DNA from: Pseudomonadota bacterium
GTDB taxonomy: Bacteria > Pseudomonadota > Gammaproteobacteria > Burkholderiales > Burkholderiaceae_C
DNA length: 33,415 bases
NCBI GenBank assembly: GCA_040389805.1
Contig: JAZJZP010000326.1
Coordinates: 14,298 to 47,712, forward strand
Direction: 5' to 3'
Shown here: in pieces, positions 8,158 to 17,501 of the stretch
Position numbering within the stretch: position 1 is the first letter of the stretch
How the letters are laid out: each line of letters opens with the position of its first letter
Notes under the pieces: model-generated
The model's database searches: none
What the model saw: only the letters and a program-made list of their open reading frames with translations
What the model was told of the DNA's origin: nothing
Translations under genes and position numbers: made by a program

Positions 8158-10010
8158 TAACCCATCACCCGAGCGCCCGTCACCTCCTGCCCCTGCGCAT
8201 CAAAAAAGACGATGCCCGGCGGGCCAAACAGGGTGAAGCGTTTGAGCAAGGCTTTGTCCGCGGCCGTGTTGGCCGTCACGTCCGCTTGCAGCAACACGGT
8301 GTTGTGCAGTTGCGCCTGCACGCGGGCGTCCGAGAAGGTGAAGTGCTCCAGCTCTTTGCAGGCCACGCACCAGTCGGCGTAAAAGTCCAGCATCACGCCC
8401 TGCCTGGCCTGGGTCGCGGCGGCCACGGCAGCGTCCAGCTCGGCCACCGTGCTCACGCGTTTGAAGACCAGACCCTGCTGGCCTGACGTCGACTCCACGC
8501 CCTCCCCCAGGGCCTGCGCCTGGGCACGTGGCAACCAGGGCCGCAAGGGATCCCAGGGGCTTTGGGCGCCGGCCAGCGCGCCCATGATCTCGGCTGCCGC
8601 CAGCAGCGCCAGCACCACGCCCAAGGCCTTGAAGGCCCGGTGACGCAAGCTGGCCTGCGGCCCCAGGTGATCAAAGCCGCCCGTGAAGGCCGCCGCCAAA
8701 GCCAGCAAGCCGCCCAGCGACCACACCTGCACCGCTGGCGACATCACCGGCATGACCAGCCACCAGGCCACCCCCAGCAGCACCAGACCGAAAAAGGTCT
8801 TGACCGACTCCATCCAGAGGCCGGCCCGCGGCAGCAAGGAGCCTGCCGACACCCCCACCAGCAGCAAGGGCATGCTCATGCCGCAGGCCAAGGCGTACAA
8901 GGCGACGCCGCCCAGCACCACATCGCGGGTCTGGCTGATGTAGACCAAGGCCCCCGCCAACGGCCCGCTGACGCACGGCCCGACGATCAAGGCCGACAGC
9001 ACCCCCATGAAGAACACCGCCAGCAAGCTGCCCCCTTGCAAGCGCCCCGAATGCATCGTCAGGTGGCCCTGCACGAAGCTGGGGATTTGCAGCTCATACG
9101 CGCCAAACATGGACAAGGCCAGCGCCACCATCAACAGCCCCATGGCACCCAGCACCCAGGGGTTTTGCAGCGAGGCGGCCAAGCCCTCACCCAGCAGACC
9201 CGCGGCCACGCCCAGCAAGGTGTACACCAGCGCCATGCCTTGCGAGTAACTCAGGGCCAGCGTGAAACCACGCCAACGCCCGACCTCCCCCTCACCCACG
9301 ATGATGGACGACAGGATGGGCACCATGGGCAAGACACAGGGCGTGAAGGCCAACAACAAGCCGGCGATGAAAAACACCCCGACGATTTTGGGCAAGCTGC
9401 CCGAGGCCAAGGCCTTGCTGATGCGGTCCGTGGGGCCTGGCGCTGGGGCGGTTTGGGCGGCGGCGGGCTGCGCCGGTGCCTGCGTCGAACGGGAGGCCAC
9501 GCCCGCGCTCACGCCCGCATTCACGCCCTCGTCCAATACGGGGGCCACCGCCACCACCTTGCCGCCTTCGGCCAGCGTCACCGTGAACCGACGCGTCTGG
9601 GGCGGATAACAAATCCCCTCATCGGCACAACCTTGGTAGCCCACGATCAAGGTCAGCGGCGTGCCAGCGGGCGTGGCCGCATCGACGCCAACCGTGGCCA
9701 ACAGTTGGCCGTAATACACCTCGACCTCTTTGCCAAACCCCTCGTCAAACTTGCGCACCCCGGTGGGCAAACTCGGCGCCCCCAGGGTGACCGAGGCAGG
9801 CTGGGCCTGCACTGAAAAACGATCCCGGTAAAGGTGCGTCTTGGGCGCGATGCTGAAGTCCAGCGCCACTTGCCCTTGCGCCGTGGTCGACGCCGTCAAC
9901 TTGAAAACCTGGTCGACCGGCAAAAATTCTGCCGCCTGCGCGCCGCCTATACCGATCAAAACCATGAGCCATCCCACCAGGATGAACACCCACCGACGCG
10001 ATACCTTCAT
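8109..10010 (-). CDS. dsbD: Thiol:disulfide interchange protein DsbD
   Basis: Signal peptide, [11 protein letters not shown] (alpha domain), FTPCVLPM and GPCVSGP (TM domain), [10 protein letters not shown] (thioredoxin domain). Confidence 0.95.
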   Translation of the reverse strand: MKVSRRWVFILVGWLMVLIGIGGAQAAEFLPVDQVFKLTASTTAQGQVALDFSIAPKTHLYRDRFSVQAQPASVTLGAPSLPTGVRKFDEGFGKEVEVYYGQLLATVGVDAATPAGTPLTLIVGYQGCADEGICYPPQTRRFTVTLAEGGKVVAVAPVLDEGVNAGVSAGVASRSTQAPAQPAAAQTAPAPGPTDRISKALASGSLPKIVGVFFIAGLLLAFTPCVLPMVPILSSIIVGEGEVGRWRGFTLALSYSQGMALVYTLLGVAAGLLGEGLAASLQNPWVLGAMGLLMVALALSMFGAYELQIPSFVQGHLTMHSGRLQGGSLLAVFFMGVLSALIVGPCVSGPLAGALVYISQTRDVVLGGVALYALACGMSMPLLLVGVSAGSLLPRAGLWMESVKTFFGLVLLGVAWWLVMPVMSPAVQVWSLGGLLALAAAFTGGFDHLGPQASLRHRAFKALGVVLALLAAAEIMGALAGAQSPWDPLRPWLPRAQAQALGEGVESTSGQQGLVFKRVSTVAELDAAVAAATQARQGVMLDFYADWCVACKELEHFTFSDARVQAQLHNTVLLQADVTANTAADKALLKRFTLFGPPGIVFFDAQGQEVTGARVMGYQPAEAFLQSLKVAGI

Positions 10011-10110
10011 ACTCGATCCTTCAAACGCACCAATACCTTCGGACATACTTGCGAGTATGTCGGATACGGCACACCTGTTGAAAAATACGCCATTCACCTC
10101 GGAGCCCACC

Positions 10111-11028
10111 ATGAAAGCCCAATCGATCCTCGACACCATTGGCCAGACCCCCCACATCCGTGCGCAGCGCCTGTTTGGCGCAGGCCATGAGGTGTGGATC
10201 AAGTCCGAGCGCAGCAACCCGGGCGGCTCCATCAAAGACCGCATTGCCCTGGCCATGGTGGAAGACGCCGAGCGCTCGGGCGCCCTCAAGCCGGGCGGCA
10301 CGATCATTGAGCCCACCTCGGGCAACACGGGCGTCGGCCTGGCCATGGTGGCCGCCGTCAAGGGGTACCAACTGGTACTGGTGATGCCCGACAGCATGTC
10401 CATTGAGCGCCGTCGCCTGATGCTGGCCTATGGTGCCAGCTTTGAGCTGACCCCGCGCGAAAAGGGCATGAAGGGGTCCATCGCCCGGGCGCAAGAGCTG
10501 ATCGCCGCCACCGAGAACTCGTGGATGCCCCAACAGTTCGAGAACCCTGCCAACATCGAGGCCCATGCGCGCACCACGGCGGCCGAAATTCTGGCCGACT
10601 TCCCTGACGGCCTGGATGCACTGATCACCGGCGTGGGCACCGGCGGCCACCTGACCGGCTGCGCCCGCGTACTCAAAAAAGCCTGGCCGCAACTCAAGGT
10701 CTATGCCGTCGAGCCCACCGCATCCCCCGTGATCTCGGGCGGAGCCCCCTCGCCGCACCCCATTCAAGGCATTGGCGCGGGCTTCATCCCCGCCAACCTG
10801 GACATGAGCCTGCTGGACGGCGTGATCCTGGTCGAGGCTGAAGCCGCCCGCGAGATGGGTCGACGCGCGGCCCGCGAAGAAGGCATGCTGGTCGGCATTT
10901 CATCGGGCGCCACGCTGGCCGCCATCGCCCAAAAATTACCCGACTTGCCCGCCGGCGCCAAGGTGCTCGGCTTTTGCTACGACACCGGTGAGCGCTACCT
11001 GTCGGTCGAGGGCTACTTGCCCGCCTGA
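10111..11028 (+). CDS. cysK: Cysteine synthase A
   Basis: NPGGSIKDR (PLP Lys), [24 protein letters not shown] and DTGERYLS motifs; GGAG RBS. Confidence 0.95.
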   Translation: MKAQSILDTIGQTPHIRAQRLFGAGHEVWIKSERSNPGGSIKDRIALAMVEDAERSGALKPGGTIIEPTSGNTGVGLAMVAAVKGYQLVLVMPDSMSIERRRLMLAYGASFELTPREKGMKGSIARAQELIAATENSWMPQQFENPANIEAHARTTAAEILADFPDGLDALITGVGTGGHLTGCARVLKKAWPQLKVYAVEPTASPVISGGAPSPHPIQGIGAGFIPANLDMSLLDGVILVEAEAAREMGRRAAREEGMLVGISSGATLAAIAQKLPDLPAGAKVLGFCYDTGERYLSVEGYLPA

Positions 11029-11039
11029 ACCACCCAGCC

Positions 11040-11795
11040 ATGACACACCACCGCTCACACGCCCCCAAAAGTCGCTGGCCCTGGGCGGTCATCGTGGCGC
11101 TGCTCGCCAGCATCCCGGCTTTTTACGACTCGCTGATGCCCAACCCCGCAGTCTGGGCCAATGGCTTGTATGTCATCAGCGGCTTGGTCCTGCTGGCCTC
11201 GCTCAGGCAAACTCGGTCCCTGCCCTTGTCACGCGCCACCTGGCAATCGGCGCATGGCGTCGATTTGTTGTTGGCCCTGGCCCTGCTGGTCTGCGCCGTC
11301 CTGCCGGCCAGCCATGGGTCCGTTCTGGCCTTGGGTTGGCGCCTGTCAGTGGCGTTGGCCACCTTGCTGCGCCTGATCGTGCTGTGCCAGCCGCTGTTGA
11401 CGGGTGCTGGCTTGTTCCGCATGCTGGCCATCGCCATCGGGGTGCTGACCTTGTGCGGGGTTGGGTTCTATTTGATCGACCCCACCGTCGACACCATCAG
11501 TGATGGGCTGTGGTTGGCGTTCACCACCGCAGCCACGGTGGGCTATGGCGATGTGGTCCCCAGCACCACCGCCTCGCGCATCTTTGCGGTCTTTGTTGTC
11601 TTGTTGGGTTTCGGCGTGCTGTCTTTGGTGACGGCCAGCATCGCCGCCATGTTCGTCGGCTCGCAAGAGCGCAAGGTCGAGCATGAAATCCTGCGCGACA
11701 TGCATGCCCAACTCACCTTGGTCAAACAAGAGATCTCCGCTCTGCGCCAAGAAATCGAGGCTGCCAGGGCGGCTGAAGATCACACCATCACTTGA
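11040..11795 (+). CDS. Potassium channel family protein
   Basis: TTAATVGYGDVVP selectivity filter, several TM helices and a C-terminal coiled coil. Confidence 0.88.
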   Translation: MTHHRSHAPKSRWPWAVIVALLASIPAFYDSLMPNPAVWANGLYVISGLVLLASLRQTRSLPLSRATWQSAHGVDLLLALALLVCAVLPASHGSVLALGWRLSVALATLLRLIVLCQPLLTGAGLFRMLAIAIGVLTLCGVGFYLIDPTVDTISDGLWLAFTTAATVGYGDVVPSTTASRIFAVFVVLLGFGVLSLVTASIAAMFVGSQERKVEHEILRDMHAQLTLVKQEISALRQEIEAARAAEDHTIT

Positions 11796-11820
11796 CCGCG
11801 AAGGTGTCGGTCTGGGTGGT

Positions 11821-12855
11821 TCAACCCACCAGTCGCCAGTTCAAGGTCTCGCCGCCACACAAGGGCTTGATGCTGGCCTCGCCCAGCGGCAATGACTCAG
11901 GCACCACCCAGGCCTCGCGGCGCAAGGTGACGCGGTCGGTGTTGCGCGCCAAGCCGTAGTAGTCAGGGCCATAAAAGCTGGCAAAGGCCTCCAGCTTGTC
12001 CAAGGCACCGGCCATCTCAAAGGCTTGGGCGTACAGCTCCAGCGCACAAGGCGCGGTGTAGCACCCGGCACAACCACTGGCGTGCTCCTTGAGGTGCGAG
12101 GCGTGTGGGGCGCTGTCGGTGCCCAAGAAGAACTTGGGGCTGCCGCTGGTCGCTGCCTGCATCAGGGCCACACGGTGCGCTTCGCGCTTGAGGATGGGCA
12201 GGCAGTAGTAATGCGGCCGAATCCCACCCATGAAGATGGCGTTGCGGTTGTACAGCAGGTGCTGCGGCGTGATGGTGGCGCCGACAAAGCGATCGGCCTC
12301 GTGCACATACTGCGCCGCCTCTTGGGTGGTGATGTGCTCGAACACGATCTTCAACTCCGGAAAGTCGCGGCGCAGCGGGATCAGCTTGTCATCAATGAAG
12401 GCCTTCTCGCGGTCGAACACATCGACATCGGGATCGGTGACTTCGCCATGCACGCACAGCACCAGGCCTTCGCGCTGCATGGCCTCCAGCACCGCATAGG
12501 TGTGGCGTAGATCGGTCACGCCCGCATCGCTGTTGGTGGTAGCGCCCGCCGGGTAGAGCTTGAAGGCCACAGCCCCCATGGCCTTGGCACGCGCGACCTC
12601 TTCAACCGGCGTGTTGTTGGTCAGGTACAGCACCATCAGGGGCTCAAACGACAAACCCGCCGGCACGGCGGCACGGATGCGATCCCGGTAGGCGATGGCC
12701 TGCTCGGCGGTCGTCACCGGCGGGCGCAGATTGGGCATGACGATGGCCCGTGCAAATTGCCGCGCCGTGGCGGGCACCACGCTGGCCATGGCGGCGCCAT
12801 CACGCACATGTAAGTGCCAGTCATCGGGTCGGGTCAGAACCAGGGTGTCGCTCAT
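11821..12855 (-). CDS. pyrC: Dihydroorotase (type II)
   Basis: [36 protein letters not shown] and GTDSAPH motifs. Confidence 0.97.
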   Translation of the reverse strand: MSDTLVLTRPDDWHLHVRDGAAMASVVPATARQFARAIVMPNLRPPVTTAEQAIAYRDRIRAAVPAGLSFEPLMVLYLTNNTPVEEVARAKAMGAVAFKLYPAGATTNSDAGVTDLRHTYAVLEAMQREGLVLCVHGEVTDPDVDVFDREKAFIDDKLIPLRRDFPELKIVFEHITTQEAAQYVHEADRFVGATITPQHLLYNRNAIFMGGIRPHYYCLPILKREAHRVALMQAATSGSPKFFLGTDSAPHASHLKEHASGCAGCYTAPCALELYAQAFEMAGALDKLEAFASFYGPDYYGLARNTDRVTLRREAWVVPESLPLGEASIKPLCGGETLNWRLVG

Positions 12856-12904
12856 TGCAGGTCTCACGTTGAATCAAAGCCAAGCCTCAATTGTTGCATT
12901 GCGC

Positions 12905-13016
12905 GGCCCCCTAGGCCTTGGGCCCTAGGACTAGGGGCCCCCTAGCTTGACCGTCCCACACCCTAGGGAGAGAAGGCCTTGTTGCCATTGCCCTGGATCC
13001 AGGGCGTCTTTAGTCT
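12905..13016 (+). promoter_or_regulatory. Putative control region of the C25-dockerin/cohesin unit: CTAG-containing repeats, 16-bp palindrome and sigma70-like promoter
   Basis: Five CTAG cores at 12911, 12925, 12931, 12942 and 12963; perfect palindrome GCCCTGGATCCAGGGC at 12990-13005; TTGCCC (12988), 17 nt, TAGTCT (13011). Confidence 0.5.
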
Positions 13017-13075
13017 CCGCTCCCATACCAGGTCAAACCAGTTCGGTACCTGTTAGCCAACCCATGGAGTCCATG

Positions 13076-15742
13076 ATGAAACTGATGCCCCTGCCTACCC
13101 GGAGCCACGCTCTGACACAAGCCGCACAAGGTGTGCTGGCCGTGCTGGCGCAACTCGCCTTGAGCCATGCGGCTCACGCCCAAACCGCGCCCACCCTGCA
13201 TGTTGAAACCGTCTCCACGTCAGCCGATGTGACGGTGTTGCGCGTCATCGTGCCCACCCCCAAGCTCGAAAGCGTTGAGACCTCCAGCGGCGTGTTCCAG
13301 CGCTTCTCGCAACGCAACGGTGCGGGCGCGGCCATCAGCGACGTCCGCGAAGTCGGCCTGCCCGAAGTGCCCCTGGCGGGCTTCTCGCTGGCCCTGCCTG
13401 TCGACAGCGATGCGACCTCGGTGGACATCCAGCCCGAAGGCGGCATCTTGCGCCAGCAAGCGCGCCTCTACCCCGTGCAGCCACCCGAGAGCTCGCGCAG
13501 CTTCGACCATGAGTTGCCCAAGTTTGCCTACGATCCAGACCGCTGGATGAAGGGCGTCAAAGGCGCGGGTCAGGACCAGGGCGAGTTGCCCGTGTTCCGC
13601 GGTGATGCCAAGGTGCAGGGCTATCGGCTCTCGCCCTATGGCTACAACCCGTCGGAGCAACTGATCACGTTCTACCCCAGCTACCTGATCACGATCAAAC
13701 ACCCCGGCACCTGCTTCATCTACGACCGCCTCAAGCTTGAGGGCGTGCTGGGCACCCGGCAAACTGCGGGCTTTGATGGCATTGATCAACGCCTCGAACG
13801 ACTGCCGCTGCCGGCCTTTCAGTTCACGGTCAACAAAAGTCTGGCCAATGAACTGCGCTGCGCCCCACCCATCAAGATCAACCCAGCACTGCTGGGCGCA
13901 CGCTTCCTGATCGTCACCCACCCCAACTTCAAAGCTGCGGCTGACACCCTCAAGGCCCACAAGCAGGCCCTGGGAATCGCCACCCTCGTCGTCACCACCA
14001 GCGAGATCACCGGCGCCGGCCCCAGCGCCAGCGATGCCCAGATCCGTACCTGGATCGCCAACTACTACAACAACCACCTGGTGCGCCCGAAGTGGGTGCT
14101 CTTCATGGGCGATGCCGAGTTCGTGCCCACCCACTACGACCAGGCCAACATCTGGGATGCGGCCAAGAATGCCGGCGACATGTGGTTTGGCCAGTTCTTG
14201 GCCGGCGCCACGGCCACCACCATTCCACCGTTCGGCATCGGGCGCTTCCCGGTGGACACCCTGGCGCAAGCCAACACCATGGTCTCCAAGGTCATGGCGT
14301 TTGAGAACTCGCCGCCCCCCAATCCCATCTTCGGACAGGACTTCTACAGTCGCCTGACATTTGCGTCTTACTTTCAAGGCACCAGCGTCACCGATGAGCG
14401 CTGGTTTGTCGAGACCACCGAAATGGTGCGTGACCATGCAGTGGGCAAGGGCTACAACGTGCCGCGCTTGTACACGGCGGCCAGCCAGTCCAACCCCTCG
14501 TTCTACAACGGTGGCGGCGCCCTCCCAGCCAGCCTGAAGAAACCCGGCTTTGCCTGGGATGCCGATCGCAACGACATTGCCGGTGCCATCAACCAGGGCT
14601 CGGCGCTGGTCTATCACCGCGACCATGGCTGGTGGAGCGGCTGGGGGGACCCTGCCTTTGGCACCTCCGACCTCTCGCTCGTCTCGGTGGTGAACAACCA
14701 GTTCCCGGTGGTCTTCAGCATCAACTGCGCCAGTGGCATTTTTGACAACGAAACCGTCGACCTGGCCGCCAACAAAATTGGCATGGGCTACGGCCCTGGC
14801 GTGGGCTCCATCTACTGGGCCGAGTCCTTTGTACGCAAGTCAGACGGCGCCTTGGCCGTGATCGGCGACAGCCGCCAAAGCAGCACCACCGACAACAACC
14901 AGCTGACCTTCGGATTGTTTGATGGCGTGTTCCCGGGCCTGGTCCCCGCCTTTGGCACCAACGCGTCGATCCAGCGCCTGGGCGACTTGCTGAACTACGC
15001 CAAGACCTACCTCTCGGACGTGGCGGCGGGCACCCAAGCCAACATCCACCCGCTCAAGAGCGATGGCAGCCGACCTGGCATTGTCAACCTGCGCCAGGAG
15101 CTCAACATCTACAACCTGCTGGGTGATCCGACCGTCAAGCTGCGCGTGAGTGCCCCCTGGAAGTTCGGCATCCCGGTGGTGGTACTGCAAGGCAACATCG
15201 CCAAAATCAAGGTGCCCGTGCAACCCGGTTGCCTGACCTGCCCGCCCGAGCTGCCCAAGCCCGAGTGGATCACGGTGGTGGCCTTTGATCCCAAGTCCGG
15301 CCTGGAGCTGGGCCGCGCGCTGGTCGACGACAACGGCGATGGCCAGATCGACCTGGGTGAGTTCAAGGGTGACAACGTGATGGTGCGGGTGGCCTCGCCC
15401 GACGGCGCCAGCATCCAGGCCGCCGCCCAGGAAACCGACACCGATGGTGACGGCATTCCCGACAGCCGCGACAACTGCACGCTGGTGTCCAACAAGGATC
15501 AGAAAGACACCGACGGAGACGGCTATGGCAATGCCTGCGATGCCGACCTGAACAACGACGGCTTTGTCAACGCACTGGACGTGTCGCTGCTACGCGGCCA
15601 GTTTGGCAAACGCAACCAGTCAGGCGACATCAATGGCGACGGCATCGTCAATGCAATCGACCTGGGCATGTTCAACAAGCTGTTTGGCAAAACACCCGGC
15701 CCCTCCGCCTTGCACCTGCTGCTGCCGGCCATCCAGAAGTAA
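13076..15742 (+). CDS. Secreted gingipain-like C25 cysteine peptidase with propeptide, thrombospondin type 3 repeats and C-terminal type I dockerin
   Basis: Signal peptide ending AAHA|QT; propeptide-like VGLPEVP; C25 blocks FLIVTHPNF...HKQALG, VLFMGDAEFVP, IGRFPV, HRDHG (His), FSINCASG (Cys), YNLLGDP; DTDGDGIPDSRDNC...DTDGDGYGNACD; DLNNDGFVNALDV...GDINGDGIVNAIDL. Start could be 13064, 13073 or 13076; the RBS favours 13076. Confidence 0.85.
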   Translation: MKLMPLPTRSHALTQAAQGVLAVLAQLALSHAAHAQTAPTLHVETVSTSADVTVLRVIVPTPKLESVETSSGVFQRFSQRNGAGAAISDVREVGLPEVPLAGFSLALPVDSDATSVDIQPEGGILRQQARLYPVQPPESSRSFDHELPKFAYDPDRWMKGVKGAGQDQGELPVFRGDAKVQGYRLSPYGYNPSEQLITFYPSYLITIKHPGTCFIYDRLKLEGVLGTRQTAGFDGIDQRLERLPLPAFQFTVNKSLANELRCAPPIKINPALLGARFLIVTHPNFKAAADTLKAHKQALGIATLVVTTSEITGAGPSASDAQIRTWIANYYNNHLVRPKWVLFMGDAEFVPTHYDQANIWDAAKNAGDMWFGQFLAGATATTIPPFGIGRFPVDTLAQANTMVSKVMAFENSPPPNPIFGQDFYSRLTFASYFQGTSVTDERWFVETTEMVRDHAVGKGYNVPRLYTAASQSNPSFYNGGGALPASLKKPGFAWDADRNDIAGAINQGSALVYHRDHGWWSGWGDPAFGTSDLSLVSVVNNQFPVVFSINCASGIFDNETVDLAANKIGMGYGPGVGSIYWAESFVRKSDGALAVIGDSRQSSTTDNNQLTFGLFDGVFPGLVPAFGTNASIQRLGDLLNYAKTYLSDVAAGTQANIHPLKSDGSRPGIVNLRQELNIYNLLGDPTVKLRVSAPWKFGIPVVVLQGNIAKIKVPVQPGCLTCPPELPKPEWITVVAFDPKSGLELGRALVDDNGDGQIDLGEFKGDNVMVRVASPDGASIQAAAQETDTDGDGIPDSRDNCTLVSNKDQKDTDGDGYGNACDADLNNDGFVNALDVSLLRGQFGKRNQSGDINGDGIVNAIDLGMFNKLFGKTPGPSALHLLLPAIQK

Positions 15743-15787
15743 CCCTTCCCTTTTCAACGTTCCACTTTTCCATCAAAGGACCTCTTC

Positions 15788-16339
15788 ATGAAACTGCACC
15801 ACACCCTCATCGCCGCTGCCGTCTGCCTGGCTGCGTTCGCCACCCAAGCCCAGACCGTGCAAGTCAACCCCTCGGTGACCCACGTCACGGTGGGCGACAG
15901 CTTCAGCGTCGACCTGCAAGCCCTCGGCTTTCCTGACAAGATTTTTGGCGGCGGGTACAACCTCGCCTTTGATGCCAGCCTCTTGAAGCTGGACGACATC
16001 GTGATCCCCGCCAACTGGGAATTTGCCGTGTCCAAGGGCACGCTGGACGCAGTAGCAGGCACCGTCACCGACGTGTACTTCAACACCTTTGCCGCGCCCA
16101 TCAAGGGCGACTTTCTGACCACGGCCCTGAAGTTCACCGCCATCGGGGTGGGCACCTCGGCCATCACGGTGAGCGAGTCGCCTTCCTTCCCGTTTGGCAA
16201 CGAGTTCGCTGAAGCCGTGCCGGTCACCTATGTGGGCGGCACCGTCCATGTGGCGGCCGTGCCTGAACCGGGCTCCGTGGCGCTGATGTTGGCCGGCCTG
16301 GGGGCGGTCGGCGTGGTAGCGCGTCGTCGTCAAGGCTGA
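15788..16339 (+). CDS. Cohesin-like domain protein with PEP-CTERM exosortase sorting signal
   Basis: Signal peptide ATQA|QT; all-beta region with VTVGDSFSVDL, YNLAFDASLLKL and LKFTAIGVGTSAITV typical of cohesins; C-terminus VPEPGSVALMLAGLGAVGVVARRR; AAAGGA RBS. Confidence 0.85.
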   Translation: MKLHHTLIAAAVCLAAFATQAQTVQVNPSVTHVTVGDSFSVDLQALGFPDKIFGGGYNLAFDASLLKLDDIVIPANWEFAVSKGTLDAVAGTVTDVYFNTFAAPIKGDFLTTALKFTAIGVGTSAITVSESPSFPFGNEFAEAVPVTYVGGTVHVAAVPEPGSVALMLAGLGAVGVVARRRQG

Positions 16340-16436
16340 AACTGACGCTGTGAAACCAGGGGTTGGCGGTGTGCCAACCCCATTTCGTCGCACGGGGCTG
16401 GCGCTTGAATCGGCATGGTGTCAAAGTACAGGCACC

Positions 16437-17501
16437 ATGCCTCACCACACCAAACACCCCAACCGGCTTCGTCACCTCCACACGCTGACGGCCCTCTTGT
16501 GCGCCTTGCTGGCTCAGGCGAGCCCAGCCGCCCAGCGCTTGTGCGTATTCGACCTGCTGGGCACCAGCGGCGACATGTTCAACGCCACCAAAGACTATGC
16601 CCTGGCCATGCAAAGTGCGGGGGCTACCCTCACGCTCAAGGCCTACACAGACGAGCGCATTGCCGTGGACGACTTCCGCACGGGCCAATGCGATGCCCTG
16701 CTGGCCACCGCCTTTCGCACCCGCGTGTTCAATCCGATCACGGCCGCCACCGATTCATTCGGGGCTGCACTGATCCTGCGCCATGGCAAAGTCGACCTCG
16801 CTGCTGGACACGAAGTGGTGCGGCTGGCCAGCCAGGCCTTCACCATGCCGGCGGCGCAGTCCCTGGTGGTCCAGGGGGCCTATGAAACCGCCGGGATCAT
16901 CGACGTGGGCGCGGTCTACGGCATCGTCACCGACCGAAAGATGAACACGCCCGAGTCCATGGCAGGCAAACGCATTTTGGCCTTTGACTACGACAAGGCC
17001 CAGGCTTACCTGATCCAGAAGGCGGGGGCACAACCCGTGTCGGCCGACGTCACCAACTTTTCAACCAAGTTCAACAACGGCATGGCCGACATGACGGCGG
17101 CCCCCGCCCTGGCCTTCAAGCCGCTGGAGCTCTACAAAGGCATGGGAAAAAGCGGTGCGATCTCGCGCTTTCCCTACCTGATCATGAGCTACCAGCTCAT
17201 CACCCGGCACCAGCAATTCCCGGCCAACTTTGGAGACGCCTCGCGGCGCTATTGGCTCAGCCACTTTGACGACATGCTGGGCGTCATCCAGAAAGCCGAA
17301 AATGCCATCCCCGCCTCGGCCTGGATGGACCTTTCGCCCGAGAACACACCGCTCTATGCCCAATTTCTGCGCGAGACCCGCATCGAGCTGGCCGAGCAGG
17401 GCCTCTACAACAAACGTGGCTTGAAGATGCTCAAGCGCATCCGCTGCAAACTCAATGCCGCAGATCCCGAATGCGTCAGCCCCAGCGAGGTCAATTGGTA
17501 A
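16437..17501 (+). CDS. Putative periplasmic solute-binding protein (DUF6091/AdeT-like, TRAP DctP-like fold)
   Basis: Signal peptide; CVFDLLG...YTDERIAVDDFRTGQCD, FSTKFNNG, PLELYKG and KRIRC...ECV pattern recalled for this family. Confidence 0.7.
   Translation: MPHHTKHPNRLRHLHTLTALLCALLAQASPAAQRLCVFDLLGTSGDMFNATKDYALAMQSAGATLTLKAYTDERIAVDDFRTGQCDALLATAFRTRVFNPITAATDSFGAALILRHGKVDLAAGHEVVRLASQAFTMPAAQSLVVQGAYETAGIIDVGAVYGIVTDRKMNTPESMAGKRILAFDYDKAQAYLIQKAGAQPVSADVTNFSTKFNNGMADMTAAPALAFKPLELYKGMGKSGAISRFPYLIMSYQLITRHQQFPANFGDASRRYWLSHFDDMLGVIQKAENAIPASAWMDLSPENTPLYAQFLRETRIELAEQGLYNKRGLKMLKRIRCKLNAADPECVSPSEVNW

Noticed and set aside
9841-10403. Overlapping N-terminal extensions of dsbD and cysK in the ORF track
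   Set aside because: Family N-termini, the signal peptide and RBS support starts at 10010 and 10111, leaving a 100-nt intergenic region.
12905-12968. CTAG repeats as a CRISPR array or IS scar
   Set aside because: Units are only 8-10 nt, irregularly spaced, without spacers, cas genes or a transposase.
15434-15690. DxDGDG repeats as RTX or plain EF-hand repeats
   Set aside because: No GGxGxD nonamers; the first set has the TSP3 DNC...NxDQxD pattern and the second the duplicated dockerin DxNxDGxVNxxD pattern.
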